Positions 43,636-54,500 of a DNA stretch of 64,000 nucleotides are shown one piece after another. Below the pieces are notes generated by a model. The model was given only the letters and a program-made list of their open reading frames with translations, searched no databases and was not told the origin of the DNA. Both the position numbers and the translations under genes were made by a program. The DNA is from Epithemia pelagica (taxonomy: Eukaryota > Protista > Bacillariophyta), in the NCBI GenBank assembly GCA_946965045.2, contig OX337234.1, positions 434,001 through 498,000 of the forward strand. Reading direction: 5' to 3'. Within the stretch, counting starts at the first letter, position 1. Each line of letters starts with the position of its first letter.

Positions 43636-43989
43636 ATGGACGGCCGTTTTTAAGCATTGGTTCGCATGTCGAAGCGTTGAAAAAAGAAGCATTGGAATAG
43701 CAACGTTCCTGCCGTTGGTTTCTCTTGCCTTGTGTGTGCGTCTCGAGTGACTCGTTTGCAGGTACACTCCCAACCCGTTTGGACTCTATAAAGTTTTGTA
43801 GGAGTGGATCGTTCCTTCGTGTGCTGGTTTCACAGAGAGCGAGAGAGAGAGAGCCTTTCCACACAGACACAACTGTCCTGGGGTTCCTCGACGATTCGAA
43901 TGTGGATTTCGCTTTTCTTGTAGGGGTCCATTGTTCTCTCCACACACAGGAGCATCTGTACCACGAACCACCGTTTCTTGTTCAACCAT

Positions 43990-45849
43990 CTAGGATGGCG
44001 CAATGGGGTCCCACCCCTGCGACGACGACGACGACAAAGGTATGGAACATTGAAAGACGACGTGTCGTGTCGTTCCATCCAAGACAAAGACGGTCGTTCC
44101 CACACCTCCCGTGGCGACCCACCATTGTTCGTCGTCCTGATTATTGTGGTTGTCGTCGTTGTCCGAATGGTTGTCCTTGTCCTCCCATCGGTGGGTACGA
44201 CGACTACTGCTGCTACTGCGAATCGACCGTGGGTGCACCACCCGTGTCGTCGCCACGGCATAGCCACATCCGGGGGACAGGGGTGGTGCCGTGTGGGACA
44301 TTGTGGCATTCCGGCCCGTGTCATCAGTTTGCAACGACCACGGATTGTTCCACACGGAAACCACGGGTGTTTGGGTGGAACAATCCTCCTGATGGGACAG
44401 TCGACGACCTGTTCCCACGGCCCAGAGTCCTTCGCCGCCCGTCGTCGCCAGTTGATGAATCGGACTGGGCGTACCCGTGGACGTGACCAAGGTTCGTGTG
44501 GGAGCATGCCACGTTGTGACAAAGCCGCGCGGATCGGAACCACCACCCAACGACGACAAAGTACCAGTACCCCGAGAGGGAGGAGGATGCCATCCTCCCG
44601 CCACGGTCCACCAGGAACAAGAATGATCGTCGTCGTCATGGCCGGAGAACACGGGGACAATGCTACTAATCCATCCATGCGTTGTTGGTGTGGTGGTGGT
44701 TCGTTTTATGGGGCTCATGGTCCTCCCACTCAATGACGACACGGCCGCCGTCACCACGTCGAGTTGATCCACCAGTGCATCGTGTTGGACATCCCACACT
44801 TGCAACAGGCCCTCTTCGCCTCCCGCCAAGAGCCATTTGTGGTTGGAGGATGCAGGGGTCGTTGTCGATGTCGTGTCGTTCTCTGTCATTGTCGTGTCGC
44901 AGGCCGGAACCAAGGACAGGGCATGCCACGAGCCTCCTCCTCTTCCACGTTTGGAAGGAGTTGTACTCGTCATTGTCATTTGGGAAGAATACGTGGCCAC
45001 CAATTGTTGCGTTTCGACATTCCACTTGGTACCAGCGGCATGGCCCGTGGCCCCATAGACAAATGGATCACTGCATGCCACGTCATTGACTTCGGACCGT
45101 TCCCCAAGAGACCATGGGGGAGGCTGCAAGTGCGTCACGCGTTGCAAGGGAGGCAGCGGTGCTACGGGTGGAGTTGGGGTGGAACACGACGAGCCTGTCA
45201 TGGAGGCTTGTTGTTGTTGTCGTTGGTACTGTCGTTGACGCAAGGCGGGCACTTGCGGCGTCCAATCCCACACTAAAACACCCTCGTCGCCCGATACCAC
45301 CAACCATTCCTTGTTGTTGCTATTCTTGCCAAACGTCGTGATTTGGATACTGTACAAGACGCCGTGGGACACCTTCCACTGCGCCAGAGGCATTGGATTC
45401 CACGCCTGCTGGGGTCGACGAATGGTGTTGTGGTTGGTCGAATTCCAATAGTCCATTCCTTCTTCCTCCGCGTCGTCATTGTCGTCGACCAAATAGGGAT
45501 TGCGACTTGGTACGGAAAAAACACAGACCTGGCCTTGATTGGTACACGCCAGCAACCACACGATCTTGTCGTCGTCCTTGTCGGTGTCGCTGTTGTATTC
45601 GGTGGATGCTTGATACCAACAGACCCCAAAGACGACCATGGTGGGATCGGTTGCCAGGGACTGCTGCCGCAACCGTTTGTGGTCCTGTCGTGGTTGTGAC
45701 GACGACGACGACGAACACAAGAATTGCTCGTTCCATTGACGGCGATAGGATCGATAGGCAAATTCGTCGTCGTCCTCCTTCATGGCGAATACCCCTCGTT
45801 TGGAAGGATAACTTGCAGTTGTACTGCTGCCAATGGCTGCCGTTGCCAT
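43990..45849 (-). CDS. WD40-repeat protein, THO complex subunit 6-like
   Basis: SEVNDV, W.VET..LV.TY, LLAGGEEGLLQVWDV, WISSI...WW.VAGG, TTWHAPTRTLV resemble the THOC6 propeller order. Confidence 0.6.
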   Translation of the reverse strand: MATAAIGSSTTASYPSKRGVFAMKEDDDEFAYRSYRRQWNEQFLCSSSSSSQPRQDHKRLRQQSLATDPTMVVFGVCWYQASTEYNSDTDKDDDKIVWLLACTNQGQVCVFSVPSRNPYLVDDNDDAEEEGMDYWNSTNHNTIRRPQQAWNPMPLAQWKVSHGVLYSIQITTFGKNSNNKEWLVVSGDEGVLVWDWTPQVPALRQRQYQRQQQQASMTGSSCSTPTPPVAPLPPLQRVTHLQPPPWSLGERSEVNDVACSDPFVYGATGHAAGTKWNVETQQLVATYSSQMTMTSTTPSKRGRGGGSWHALSLVPACDTTMTENDTTSTTTPASSNHKWLLAGGEEGLLQVWDVQHDALVDQLDVVTAAVSSLSGRTMSPIKRTTTTPTTHGWISSIVPVFSGHDDDDHSCSWWTVAGGWHPPPSRGTGTLSSLGGGSDPRGFVTTWHAPTRTLVTSTGTPSPIHQLATTGGEGLWAVGTGRRLSHQEDCSTQTPVVSVWNNPWSLQTDDTGRNATMSHTAPPLSPGCGYAVATTRVVHPRSIRSSSSSRRTHRWEDKDNHSDNDDNHNNQDDEQWWVATGGVGTTVFVLDGTTRHVVFQCSIPLSSSSSQGWDPIAPS

Positions 45850-46372
45850 TTCTCTCTCTCGTATCTTGCGTTGTTGTTGTTGTGCCGTCCGTCTGGAATC
45901 TCCGGCCTCTCTTTCTTGGTCTGTTGGTCCTATATCGCTTTGTTGTCTTTCTTGCTGCCATTGCGGCGTGTGTCGAGACGAATTGCCTCCGCGTGGATCC
46001 TACGCTCGACGGACGGATTGGGTGATTGTAGCACGCCCGGCGTGGCCCGAAATTTTGATCTTGCGGGACCACCATTGAATAGCCCCTCATTTTTCGCGCC
46101 GGTCGGCACACTACGTTCACTGGATCGCCGTCCTGTGTTTGAGCGATCCAAATCCATCGTCGTCGTGTTCTCAGTCAACAAACACTCCAATACATCCAGT
46201 TGCGTCGTCTTGAGGCAGACCCACAGAGAGGCATTCTCTCAATAAGAATACTACGAATCTATCCCATCTTCCTCCAAGTCCACTTTGGCATTCCGTATAC
46301 GCAATGAATCACGACCGTCGTCTCCCAACAACAACACTGAGGACACCCCATCGATCCAGCAGTACTCGACTC

Positions 46373-48478
46373 ATGACGACCATGACCATGACGACAACTC
46401 CTCCCCGCCGACCCCGAGCCGGAAGCAAATTGGTTCCCTCGTTCATGCCGACACCGACTCGGTATTATAGTGGTACTACGACGCCCATGACCAATCGCAG
46501 CAGTCGCAGCAAACGATATCACCCACGAATCATGCATCCCTATACTGTGGCAGCTGCACCCACACGCCGCTCCCTGGCGTCGCCCACCTCCTCTCCCTCC
46601 ATAGTAGCTCGTACCACAACCTCCACAACGGCTGCCGTCACACCCTCGACGCCCACACGATCCACTTCCACCAGCACAAGCATTTATCAAACACCGACCA
46701 CGACGAGAAGTCGCAGTCGTCCGACCCCGTTGAGCCATGGACGAACCAGCAGTGCCAAGCGCTTATTGTCCTCCTTGGACTCGGCCGCTTGCGTCGAAGC
46801 GGACGATCGCTTTATTCCCTCGCGGCGACGCTTGAATATGGAATTGTGTCGACGGGCCCTCTTGACCACGTCGACAGACCAGGACGAGTCGGACTCCCAG
46901 CAATCCTCGTCGCCCACGCAACCTCCACCACCCCCACCCATTTCGCAAGAAACACCCTTGCAACAAGAATACAAACGACGCTTGCTCAGTGCCCTGTGCA
47001 ATGTTCCCCTCCATCAATTGACCAAGGCCGGACATCCCGTTGGATTGTTGCCCATTGGGTCGGGCCAACAACAAGCACCAGGAGGAGGACGACGTTTTGG
47101 CATGAATCGTTTGTGGGCGGCCGCCAGTGGGGGCGAAAATATGGCTCCCCCAGCAACCACAACTACATCGCCGGCCCTCATTAATCCCTTTTGCCATGAT
47201 ACCTTGCGGCAACTCAAATTGGGACGCACCGTCACCACAGTTCAGGGATGGACCGATGACGATGCCCGGGTCGACGACGACGTGGGTGGCCAATGGATGG
47301 CGGGTGGCGCCCACCGTGGTGGCAAGGGTGTGTGGCGCAAGGTTCCCACGTCGCCCTTGCGCATTTTGGATGCCCCCGACATTGTCGATGATTATTACTT
47401 GAATTTGATTAGTTGGTCGCAGGACAACATCTTGGCCGTGGCCTTGGCCCAATCCGTCTACTTGTGGAATGCCACGACGGGGGACATTCAACATTTGATT
47501 ACGGTTGATCATTCCAACGATTACATTACGTCCGTCTGCTGGTGTCCCACCCCCACGTACACCCATTGCATTGCCGTCGGAACCAATCTCGCTCAAGTCC
47601 ACTTGTACAATGGCCATACCTTACAAAAGATTCAAACCATTCCGTCGTCGTTGCATCCCGCGGATTCTTCCATGAGCAATACCACGCATTCCGGCCGCGT
47701 GTCGGCCTTGGCGTGGAATCCCAGTCAAGCGCAATGGATGACGTCGGGGGCCCGCGATTCCCGCATTGTCCAACACGATTTGCGACAAGCGCGGTCCACC
47801 ACCACCAGTGTCTATCGCGGCCATGAACAAGAAGTGTGTGGCTTGAAATGGAATGAGGAAGGCACGTGTTTGGCCAGTGGGGGCAATGAAAATTACTTGT
47901 GCTTGTGGGATGCGCACCGGTCCAATACGACCACGACGAATTCGGGAACGACAACCCAACAACGTATCGCATCACGATTGCAGCAGCACCAGAATCATGC
48001 ACCGCGCTTGATTTTGCGACAACACAAGGCGGCCGTCAAGGCCTTGGATTGGTGTCCCTTTCATCGCGGCTTGTTGGCCAGTGGGGGTGGCACGGCCGAT
48101 CGGACCCTCAAATTTTGGAATTCCACGTCGGGCGCCGTCTTGCACAGTGTCGATACCGGCAGTCAAGTGTGTTCCGTCGTGTGGAGTCCCTTGTCGGGCG
48201 CGCGGGAATTGTGCACCTCCCATGGCTATAGTGAAAATCAGTTAATCTTGTGGAACTATTCCACCATGACCAAGATTCAAGAACTCAAGGGTCATTCCGC
48301 CCGTGTCTTGAATATGGAAAAGAGTCCCGATGGAACGGCTGTCGTTTCGGCAGCCGCCGATGAGACCTTGAGGTTTTGGAATGTCTTTTCGACACCCCAT
48401 GAATCGTCGGGGGGAATGATGGCTGCGGCGGGTCGAGGAGGAGTTTTGTCGTCCTTGGGTGGTCCCACCATTCGGTAA
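46373..48478 (+). CDS. CDC20: CDC20/Fizzy APC/C co-activator
   Basis: C-box DRFIPSR, RILDAPDIVDDYYLNLISWS.DNILAVAL, WD40 repeats (GHEQEVCGLKWN, HKAAVKALDWCP, GGGTADR, SQVCSVVWS, ETLRFWNVF), C-terminal IR tail. Start placed at ATG 46373 or 46304. Confidence 0.95.
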   Translation: MTTMTMTTTPPRRPRAGSKLVPSFMPTPTRYYSGTTTPMTNRSSRSKRYHPRIMHPYTVAAAPTRRSLASPTSSPSIVARTTTSTTAAVTPSTPTRSTSTSTSIYQTPTTTRSRSRPTPLSHGRTSSAKRLLSSLDSAACVEADDRFIPSRRRLNMELCRRALLTTSTDQDESDSQQSSSPTQPPPPPPISQETPLQQEYKRRLLSALCNVPLHQLTKAGHPVGLLPIGSGQQQAPGGGRRFGMNRLWAAASGGENMAPPATTTTSPALINPFCHDTLRQLKLGRTVTTVQGWTDDDARVDDDVGGQWMAGGAHRGGKGVWRKVPTSPLRILDAPDIVDDYYLNLISWSQDNILAVALAQSVYLWNATTGDIQHLITVDHSNDYITSVCWCPTPTYTHCIAVGTNLAQVHLYNGHTLQKIQTIPSSLHPADSSMSNTTHSGRVSALAWNPSQAQWMTSGARDSRIVQHDLRQARSTTTSVYRGHEQEVCGLKWNEEGTCLASGGNENYLCLWDAHRSNTTTTNSGTTTQQRIASRLQQHQNHAPRLILRQHKAAVKALDWCPFHRGLLASGGGTADRTLKFWNSTSGAVLHSVDTGSQVCSVVWSPLSGARELCTSHGYSENQLILWNYSTMTKIQELKGHSARVLNMEKSPDGTAVVSAAADETLRFWNVFSTPHESSGGMMAAAGRGGVLSSLGGPTIR

Positions 48479-49303
48479 CAATGGACCACCCGACAAACAA
48501 ATATCATGGAAACAAGCGAAACAAGCAGGACACCAAGGACTGACCTTGTTGAGATGGCCATGACTGACAGGATACATGAAAGACAAACACAGGATACATG
48601 GAAGAACAAAGCAAGGCACTGCAAGAGGGCGCTCGATCGTTGGATCTTTGATTCATTACACCAATACGATTACTAAGCAAAAGAACAATGTATAATACAA
48701 TCATTATCCATGTTACGTTGTAACTTGTTGTTTCTTGATTTGATAGAAAGAGCTCTGGTTGTGGTTGGTTGGTGAAATAATGTACTCCTAGCCCGCCAAC
48801 CTGTCAGAAGCAAGAGAGTATGGAAGCACCTTTTGATGCAGCACAGGACCAAAAGACCTTGAGGCTTTGATTCGCTTGTGGGAAACGCAATGGAAAGACG
48901 GTGCTCTTCTCATTGAACTACCGGATCAAGTCATTGTATGAGTACAATAGATATATTGATAGCATCTCTGAAACATCCTACAGGGGTTTCATTTTGTGGG
49001 GATATTCGAGTTCGATGAGATACCTTGGCACATCGGCTGCCTCTCACGCCGGAAACTATGAAGATGTAGAGAGCATATTTCCAAAAACGTTTAATGAAAA
49101 TTGAAGTAACTAGCAGTGCGCGCGCTTGGCGCATGGGGATGTCTCCTCTGTCACAAGAGCTAGCTCTTGTACCGAAAATTTTGACATCTTTTCTCATCGT
49201 AAAATCACAACATTGTTCGAGTCTTCTCTCGTCGACTTTCGAAAAAAATAATAATGACAGATTGCATCTCCTTTCATGAAGACAAATCTTCAAAGTTGAC
49301 AAG

Positions 49304-50365
49304 TCATCCGTGAAACGAGGCTCGTCGTGGCCGCAAAAATCGCCGACCTGGAGTACGACGGGACGCTTCCACCACGTTGGACAAAACTGGTGGCTGTAGT
49401 TGTTGCCGTTGTTGGCGGTGCGCTTGTCCCAGAACGGCGGCAAAGTGTCGTATGGGTTGCGTCACTTCTTGACACGCTTGACTCAGTCGTTCCTCTTGCC
49501 CCTTTGGGCTGGCCAAGACGAGTTGCAACAAGGTTCGATGTCGCTCCTTGAGATCCTGAGCAATGCAGGGAATGTACTTGACAATTTGATACTCCAAGCC
49601 CATGCTGTCATCCAGATCCAAACATTTACGCAAGGTTGAAATGTCGGAAGAAGAATATGTGCTCCAAGGCTCTTTGGGGCAAGTCTCGACCATGCTCCTG
49701 CAATCCGTCTTGTTCTGGTGTTGGGTCTGGGAGCCATCGACACCGCAACAGTCGCGATAGACAACGGCCAAGCACTTGGCTGTTTGGTAACAAAAGGACA
49801 TGTTGTTTTCTTTCATTTGTCGGCATTCACTACGACTGTACCATCGTGCATGGCATTCCCTCCAAGACAATTCAAAACAAGGTTGTTCGTAGGATACAGT
49901 TTGATCTTCGTCAAAGGCCACGGCACGACGACGAGGCCTTGTCTTGTCCGCGAGGAGTGTGGACCGTAACACAGGTGCAGCCTTTTTCTTGGCAATGCTG
50001 GAGGACTTGTCGGACTTCTTGAGAATCCCGCCAAGCGGTATGGCGCGAGCAAGGGATGACACCGACCAGGATGACAGAGACGACGAATCCATGGAATGAA
50101 CGGATTCCGTACCAGTGGATCCTCTCCGGGGCATGCGACGACCACGTTTTAGAAAGGACAAATCGTGACGTGGTTCCAATGAGGAATCCTTGCAATTAGT
50201 ATTCGTGTTGTCCTTCAGGGGAACCAATGGGGACACATGTTTTCCATCTGAATCATGGGATTGTTGCTGGGATTGTCGCGGTTGTTGCTGGTTTCTTCGA
50301 AACCATGGTCTTCTTGTCGTCTGAGAAACAGACTCAAGCTTGGTTGATGCAACACATGGTGTCAT
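49304..50365 (-). CDS. Hypothetical protein of a common diatom-type family (V.F...WY...E / GLE motifs)
   Basis: RRAVAFDEDQTV...ECHARWYSRSECRQMK and MGLEYQI; long open frame with a low-complexity N-terminus. Function unknown. Confidence 0.6.
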   Translation of the reverse strand: MTPCVASTKLESVSQTTRRPWFRRNQQQPRQSQQQSHDSDGKHVSPLVPLKDNTNTNCKDSSLEPRHDLSFLKRGRRMPRRGSTGTESVHSMDSSSLSSWSVSSLARAIPLGGILKKSDKSSSIAKKKAAPVLRSTLLADKTRPRRRAVAFDEDQTVSYEQPCFELSWRECHARWYSRSECRQMKENNMSFCYQTAKCLAVVYRDCCGVDGSQTQHQNKTDCRSMVETCPKEPWSTYSSSDISTLRKCLDLDDSMGLEYQIVKYIPCIAQDLKERHRTLLQLVLASPKGQEERLSQACQEVTQPIRHFAAVLGQAHRQQRQQLQPPVLSNVVEASRRTPGRRFLRPRRASFHG

Positions 50366-51247
50366 TCTCTGGTTCTCTCGAAATACAAGATGGTAGTCAG
50401 TAAAGTGTGATGCAGTCGTTCTTTTTTGTGGCCCTTGTCTTGTGGTAATGACACAAATCAGGATCAAGTACTACGGTAGCTCACTGCCGTAAATTTGTGA
50501 GACACTGTTTCGCAGTGCTGATGATCCTTGGATATTAGGGTTCCTGTTGGTCCGTTGGAGGGATCTATGTTGTTTTTGCCAATCTCGCTCAGCTTCGTTG
50601 CCACAGTGGCAGTAGAGCAAAACAGCCTTTTGTCATGTCTTTGGATCGGACAAGAAAACAACACAGGAACGGGTGTCAAATTGTGATGACTGTTGAATCT
50701 TAGGTTCATTGCGTGATAGAATCGAAGATAGAGGAGGGTTCCTTTTTCGTGGATTGGATGCTCTGTGTCTGGGTAGTTTTTACCATGGGCGCGTAGGCTA
50801 GCCCTCGGCTTTCCGGTATCCAAACAGCGTTCCACTCCCTAGCACGTTATGAGGACATAATATATCACTTGGTTCACATGAAGATCGTACACGTTCGCTT
50901 GGTAGTGGTTCGGGAACGAGGATTCAGTCACACTTCAAGAAAGTTTTTGCCAATGCTACTGATGACATGGATGACAAAGTGCAACCTCGTCGTTGACAGT
51001 TGACACACTTCTTCTTCTTTCACCACACAAAGTCCATCATCTGTGTCGACGATCACACGGCCAGTTTGTGCATGTCATCTCTAAAGTGCACCCAACACCC
51101 AACAGAAAATAGGTGGCTGTGTCTTTCGGTTCAAAATCCTTTTCTAGTGGATGCTCGGTCATGAATGGTTTGGCAGGTGAGCCTGAGCGATATGAGGGCT
51201 CCTTGATAGAACATAATTGGTGTCGACTCCAAGTCCACGATACAAGG

Positions 51248-51375
51248 GATCGAGATTTTCCAAAACTGCTCCCAATCGTGACAAAGTCGCTCACGGCGGA
51301 CGGCGGAGGCCAAATCTCTGTTCCATAGGGACCGAGATTTTCCATAGCTGCTCCCAAGCGGGACAAAGTCGCTCA
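51248..51375 (+). repeat. Imperfect 46-bp direct repeat (51248-51293 and 51330-51375) with a 36-bp spacer
   Basis: 41/46 identical by manual alignment. Confidence 0.8.
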
Positions 51376-51594
51376 TCACGGAGGGCGAAAACTGATACCA
51401 GAGTAAATCTTTCCAAGAATTCTTAGCGGTCTTTTCATTTTATACCCGACAGGAGTTGAAGTTGGGCGTTTTTGCGAGTCGCACTTACTTTCAGACGCGC
51501 GCTTGCGGATCCATCGCAAGCAATCAAAAATTCCACCACAAACCACAATAAAAAAACAAAACCCAATATATCATTCCATCGCCAATGATCGAAT

Positions 51595-54500
51595 ATGAGC
51601 AACATTACGCCAAGTAAGGATTCTGCATCCTCCTTGTCGTCATTTTCATCCAAATCGGAGGCGGCCGCCTTTGCCTCAGCCTTTGCGGCAACCTCGACTG
51701 GGAACGCTCTCAAGAAAGCTTCTACGAGTACTACGACGATCGATTCCACTGGATGGAACGGAAGGGCCACAGAAACTCCTACGACTGCGACAACCGCAAC
51801 CACAAGTGATACTTCTTCGACTACCATGGAGCCACGAGACGAGAGCCACCCCCACAGTCCGCAGCAACACCCTCCAACGATTGCTCCAGCACAAGCCACG
51901 AAAACTTTCGAGAACACGGCATCGAAGAACACGACATGCAGAAGAAACGGTACCCATCTCGATGATTTGGACCAAAACAACTCGTCTCGGCACACCAATA
52001 ACCATTCCCAATCAGATTCGGACGTCTGTGTCGTTTCAGCGGTCGCCAGCAAACAAGCAGAGCAACGTACCAATGAGGAGCAGAACTCTGTTTCACCAAA
52101 CAAGTCCGAACCGTCCTTGGAAGAACCGTTACATCACACGCTCGAAGCAACCGCCCAAGAAACGTCCAGCACATCCAGCAATGGAACTGGCCCTGGTGAC
52201 AGAGACAATGAAGGATCACCAGGACTTTTGGGAGTTTCGCTTGCTAGTCCAAAACAAACGACCAGCGAAGATCAAGAACATTCCCCGGAGACTCCAGATT
52301 ATCATACGATCCTTACCCAGTTTTACGAGAAACACAACCCCTCCAAGTTGAACTCTGTAGCAGCCACTGTCAAAAAGTATCAGGTACGTTATGTGATGAT
52401 TGGGATTGTGTTGATTTTCCGACTTCTCAACTTTGGTCTTACAGGGGAGAGAGCGAGATATGTTTGCAAAGCTCGCTCTGAAATATGGTACGTCCTGCTC
52501 TTGAACCCTTTGATGGCACACGACAACTTGCTTACGTTTTCTTTCTACGCAGCTGTGGCGAATCCTCTGGATACTTTACAGGATCCGGGGAGGAAAGGCG
52601 TCGCAACTGCCTCCCCAAAGCCTCCTCCAATCGGCACACCAAATCCTAGCCCATCGTCGACAACTGCAAAGCCCACGGAGGTCCCATCTCCTTTCGCTTC
52701 TCAGAAAGACAATCAGTCATTAGCTTCAGTACCTGAGACGACTCCTGCGCAAACCTCCCAACCAAGTTTTGGGGCAAAAGCAACAAACCAACAGCCGGGC
52801 GGCTTCTCAGTCCGTAGTTTTACTTCTGTGCCCACTCCTTTCACCCACCCTCTGTCATCAAAGCCGGGCGGCTTCTCATTCGGTAGTTCTATTACTTCGG
52901 CGCCCACTCCTTTCACCCAACCTCTGTCATCATCAAAGCCGGGCGGCTTCTCATTCGGTAGTTCTATTAGTACTTCGGCGCCCACTCCTTTCACCCAACC
53001 TCTGTCATCATCAAAGCCCGACGGCTTCTCATTCGGTAGTTCTATTACTTCGGCGCCCACTCCTTTCACCCAACCTCTGTCATCAAAGCCCGCCAGCTTC
53101 TCATTCGGTAGTTCTATTACTTCTGCGCCCACTCCCTTCACCCAACCTCTGTCATCGCCGGCTCCTTGGACGCTCCCCTCAGTCAATAGAGTATCAAATT
53201 TATCGTTTGGGCAGCCTTCTGTCACCACTTCAGCACGCTCTAACGCTCCCACCCCATTTTCGTTTCCAGCAACTGTATCCAAGGCCGAACCACCCACCAA
53301 CGATAGCTTTGCGGCTTCCCTGACACCAGCAACATTGCAGCCCGATCCATTTAGCATGTCAGAACTGTCTTATGAGGAAGAGAGACTACGTTACATGTTC
53401 AAAAGAGGCGCCATAAAGACAGCCAGCAAATCTAGCAATGGGCCTGGCGTTTCGTCACCAAACGCTCCCACCCCATTTGCATTCCCAGCAACTACGTCCA
53501 AGTCCGAACCACCCACCAACGAAAGCTTGGCGGCTTCCCTGACCCCAGCAACATTGCAGTCCGATCCATCTAGCAAGCCAACGGAAGCCACCGTAACAGC
53601 CACGAAAACATCCAGCAAATCCAGCAATGGAACCGGCCCTACGTTATCAAGCCCTCCCGCTGCATTTTCGGTCCCAGCCACAGCAAACAAATCCCAACCC
53701 TCGACCAAATTAAGTTCTGCGGTTCATGCTGAGTTTTCATTTACGCTACCACCATCACAGTTCAAACCATCAAGCAAATCGACCACTGTTGCTTCCCCTA
53801 CGTTTCGGTGCCCTGTACCACCAATTGAGTCCAAACCACCCAGCAACTCAAGTATTGCAGATCCTCCCACGTTTTCGTTTCCACCAACAGCAGCCGAAAT
53901 CAAACCATGTAACCAATCAAGCTCTACGGTGCCCCCTATATTTTCATTTTCGGTTCCATCATCAACACAGTCCAAGCCAGAAGGAGAAGCTCTTGCCAAG
54001 GCACAGCAACAGCAACATTTACGTGAGGAACAACGCGCCGCTGAAAAAGCTGCGAAGGAGCAAGCCGAAAGGGCCGCTGCAGTAGACTATATTGGAAGAG
54101 CCGAAAAGTTAGTGGCGCAGCTCAAGTTATTACAAGAATCAGTGGAACCCTTTAACAAATCGAAACCAGTGGAACGGCGGCGATTAGAAATGAAAAAGAT
54201 TGTTAATGGAAAAGTCAATACACTATCCGAAGATGCGGATAAAATTCGGACCGTAGCCGGGGATGTGGCAGCAGCAATAAAAAAAGCAAAAGGAGATGAT
54301 CTACAAATTCAAGAACAAATCAAGGCTGGAAATGGAGAGTATAGTCCCGAGATGGCCAAGGGGAAACGATATTTTGTAGATTTACTGTGCAGCAAAGTGA
54401 TTATTCGAGTCCAAGCGGAAGGATTCAATGGACAACGTGGAGATGGATTTCCCCTGGCACACATGTTGACCATGGTGTCGGTGGAACATAAAGACGTTAT

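Larger units (their letters stand above)
39780..43640 (+). repeat. Tandem array of units B, C, D (period ~1.66 kb)
   Basis: ~40646-41230 is near-identical to ~42303-42890; each unit has an MTDPNTS-type upstream exon and a family ORF. Confidence 0.9.

Noticed and set aside
48931-49443. 170-aa minus-strand ORF downstream of the hypothetical gene
   Set aside because: Overlaps the upstream gene's 3' end, has no motifs and no convincing start context.
51248-51375. CRISPR-like repeat-spacer-repeat geometry (46 + 36 bp)
   Set aside because: Only two imperfect repeats, no cas genes, and a eukaryotic context.
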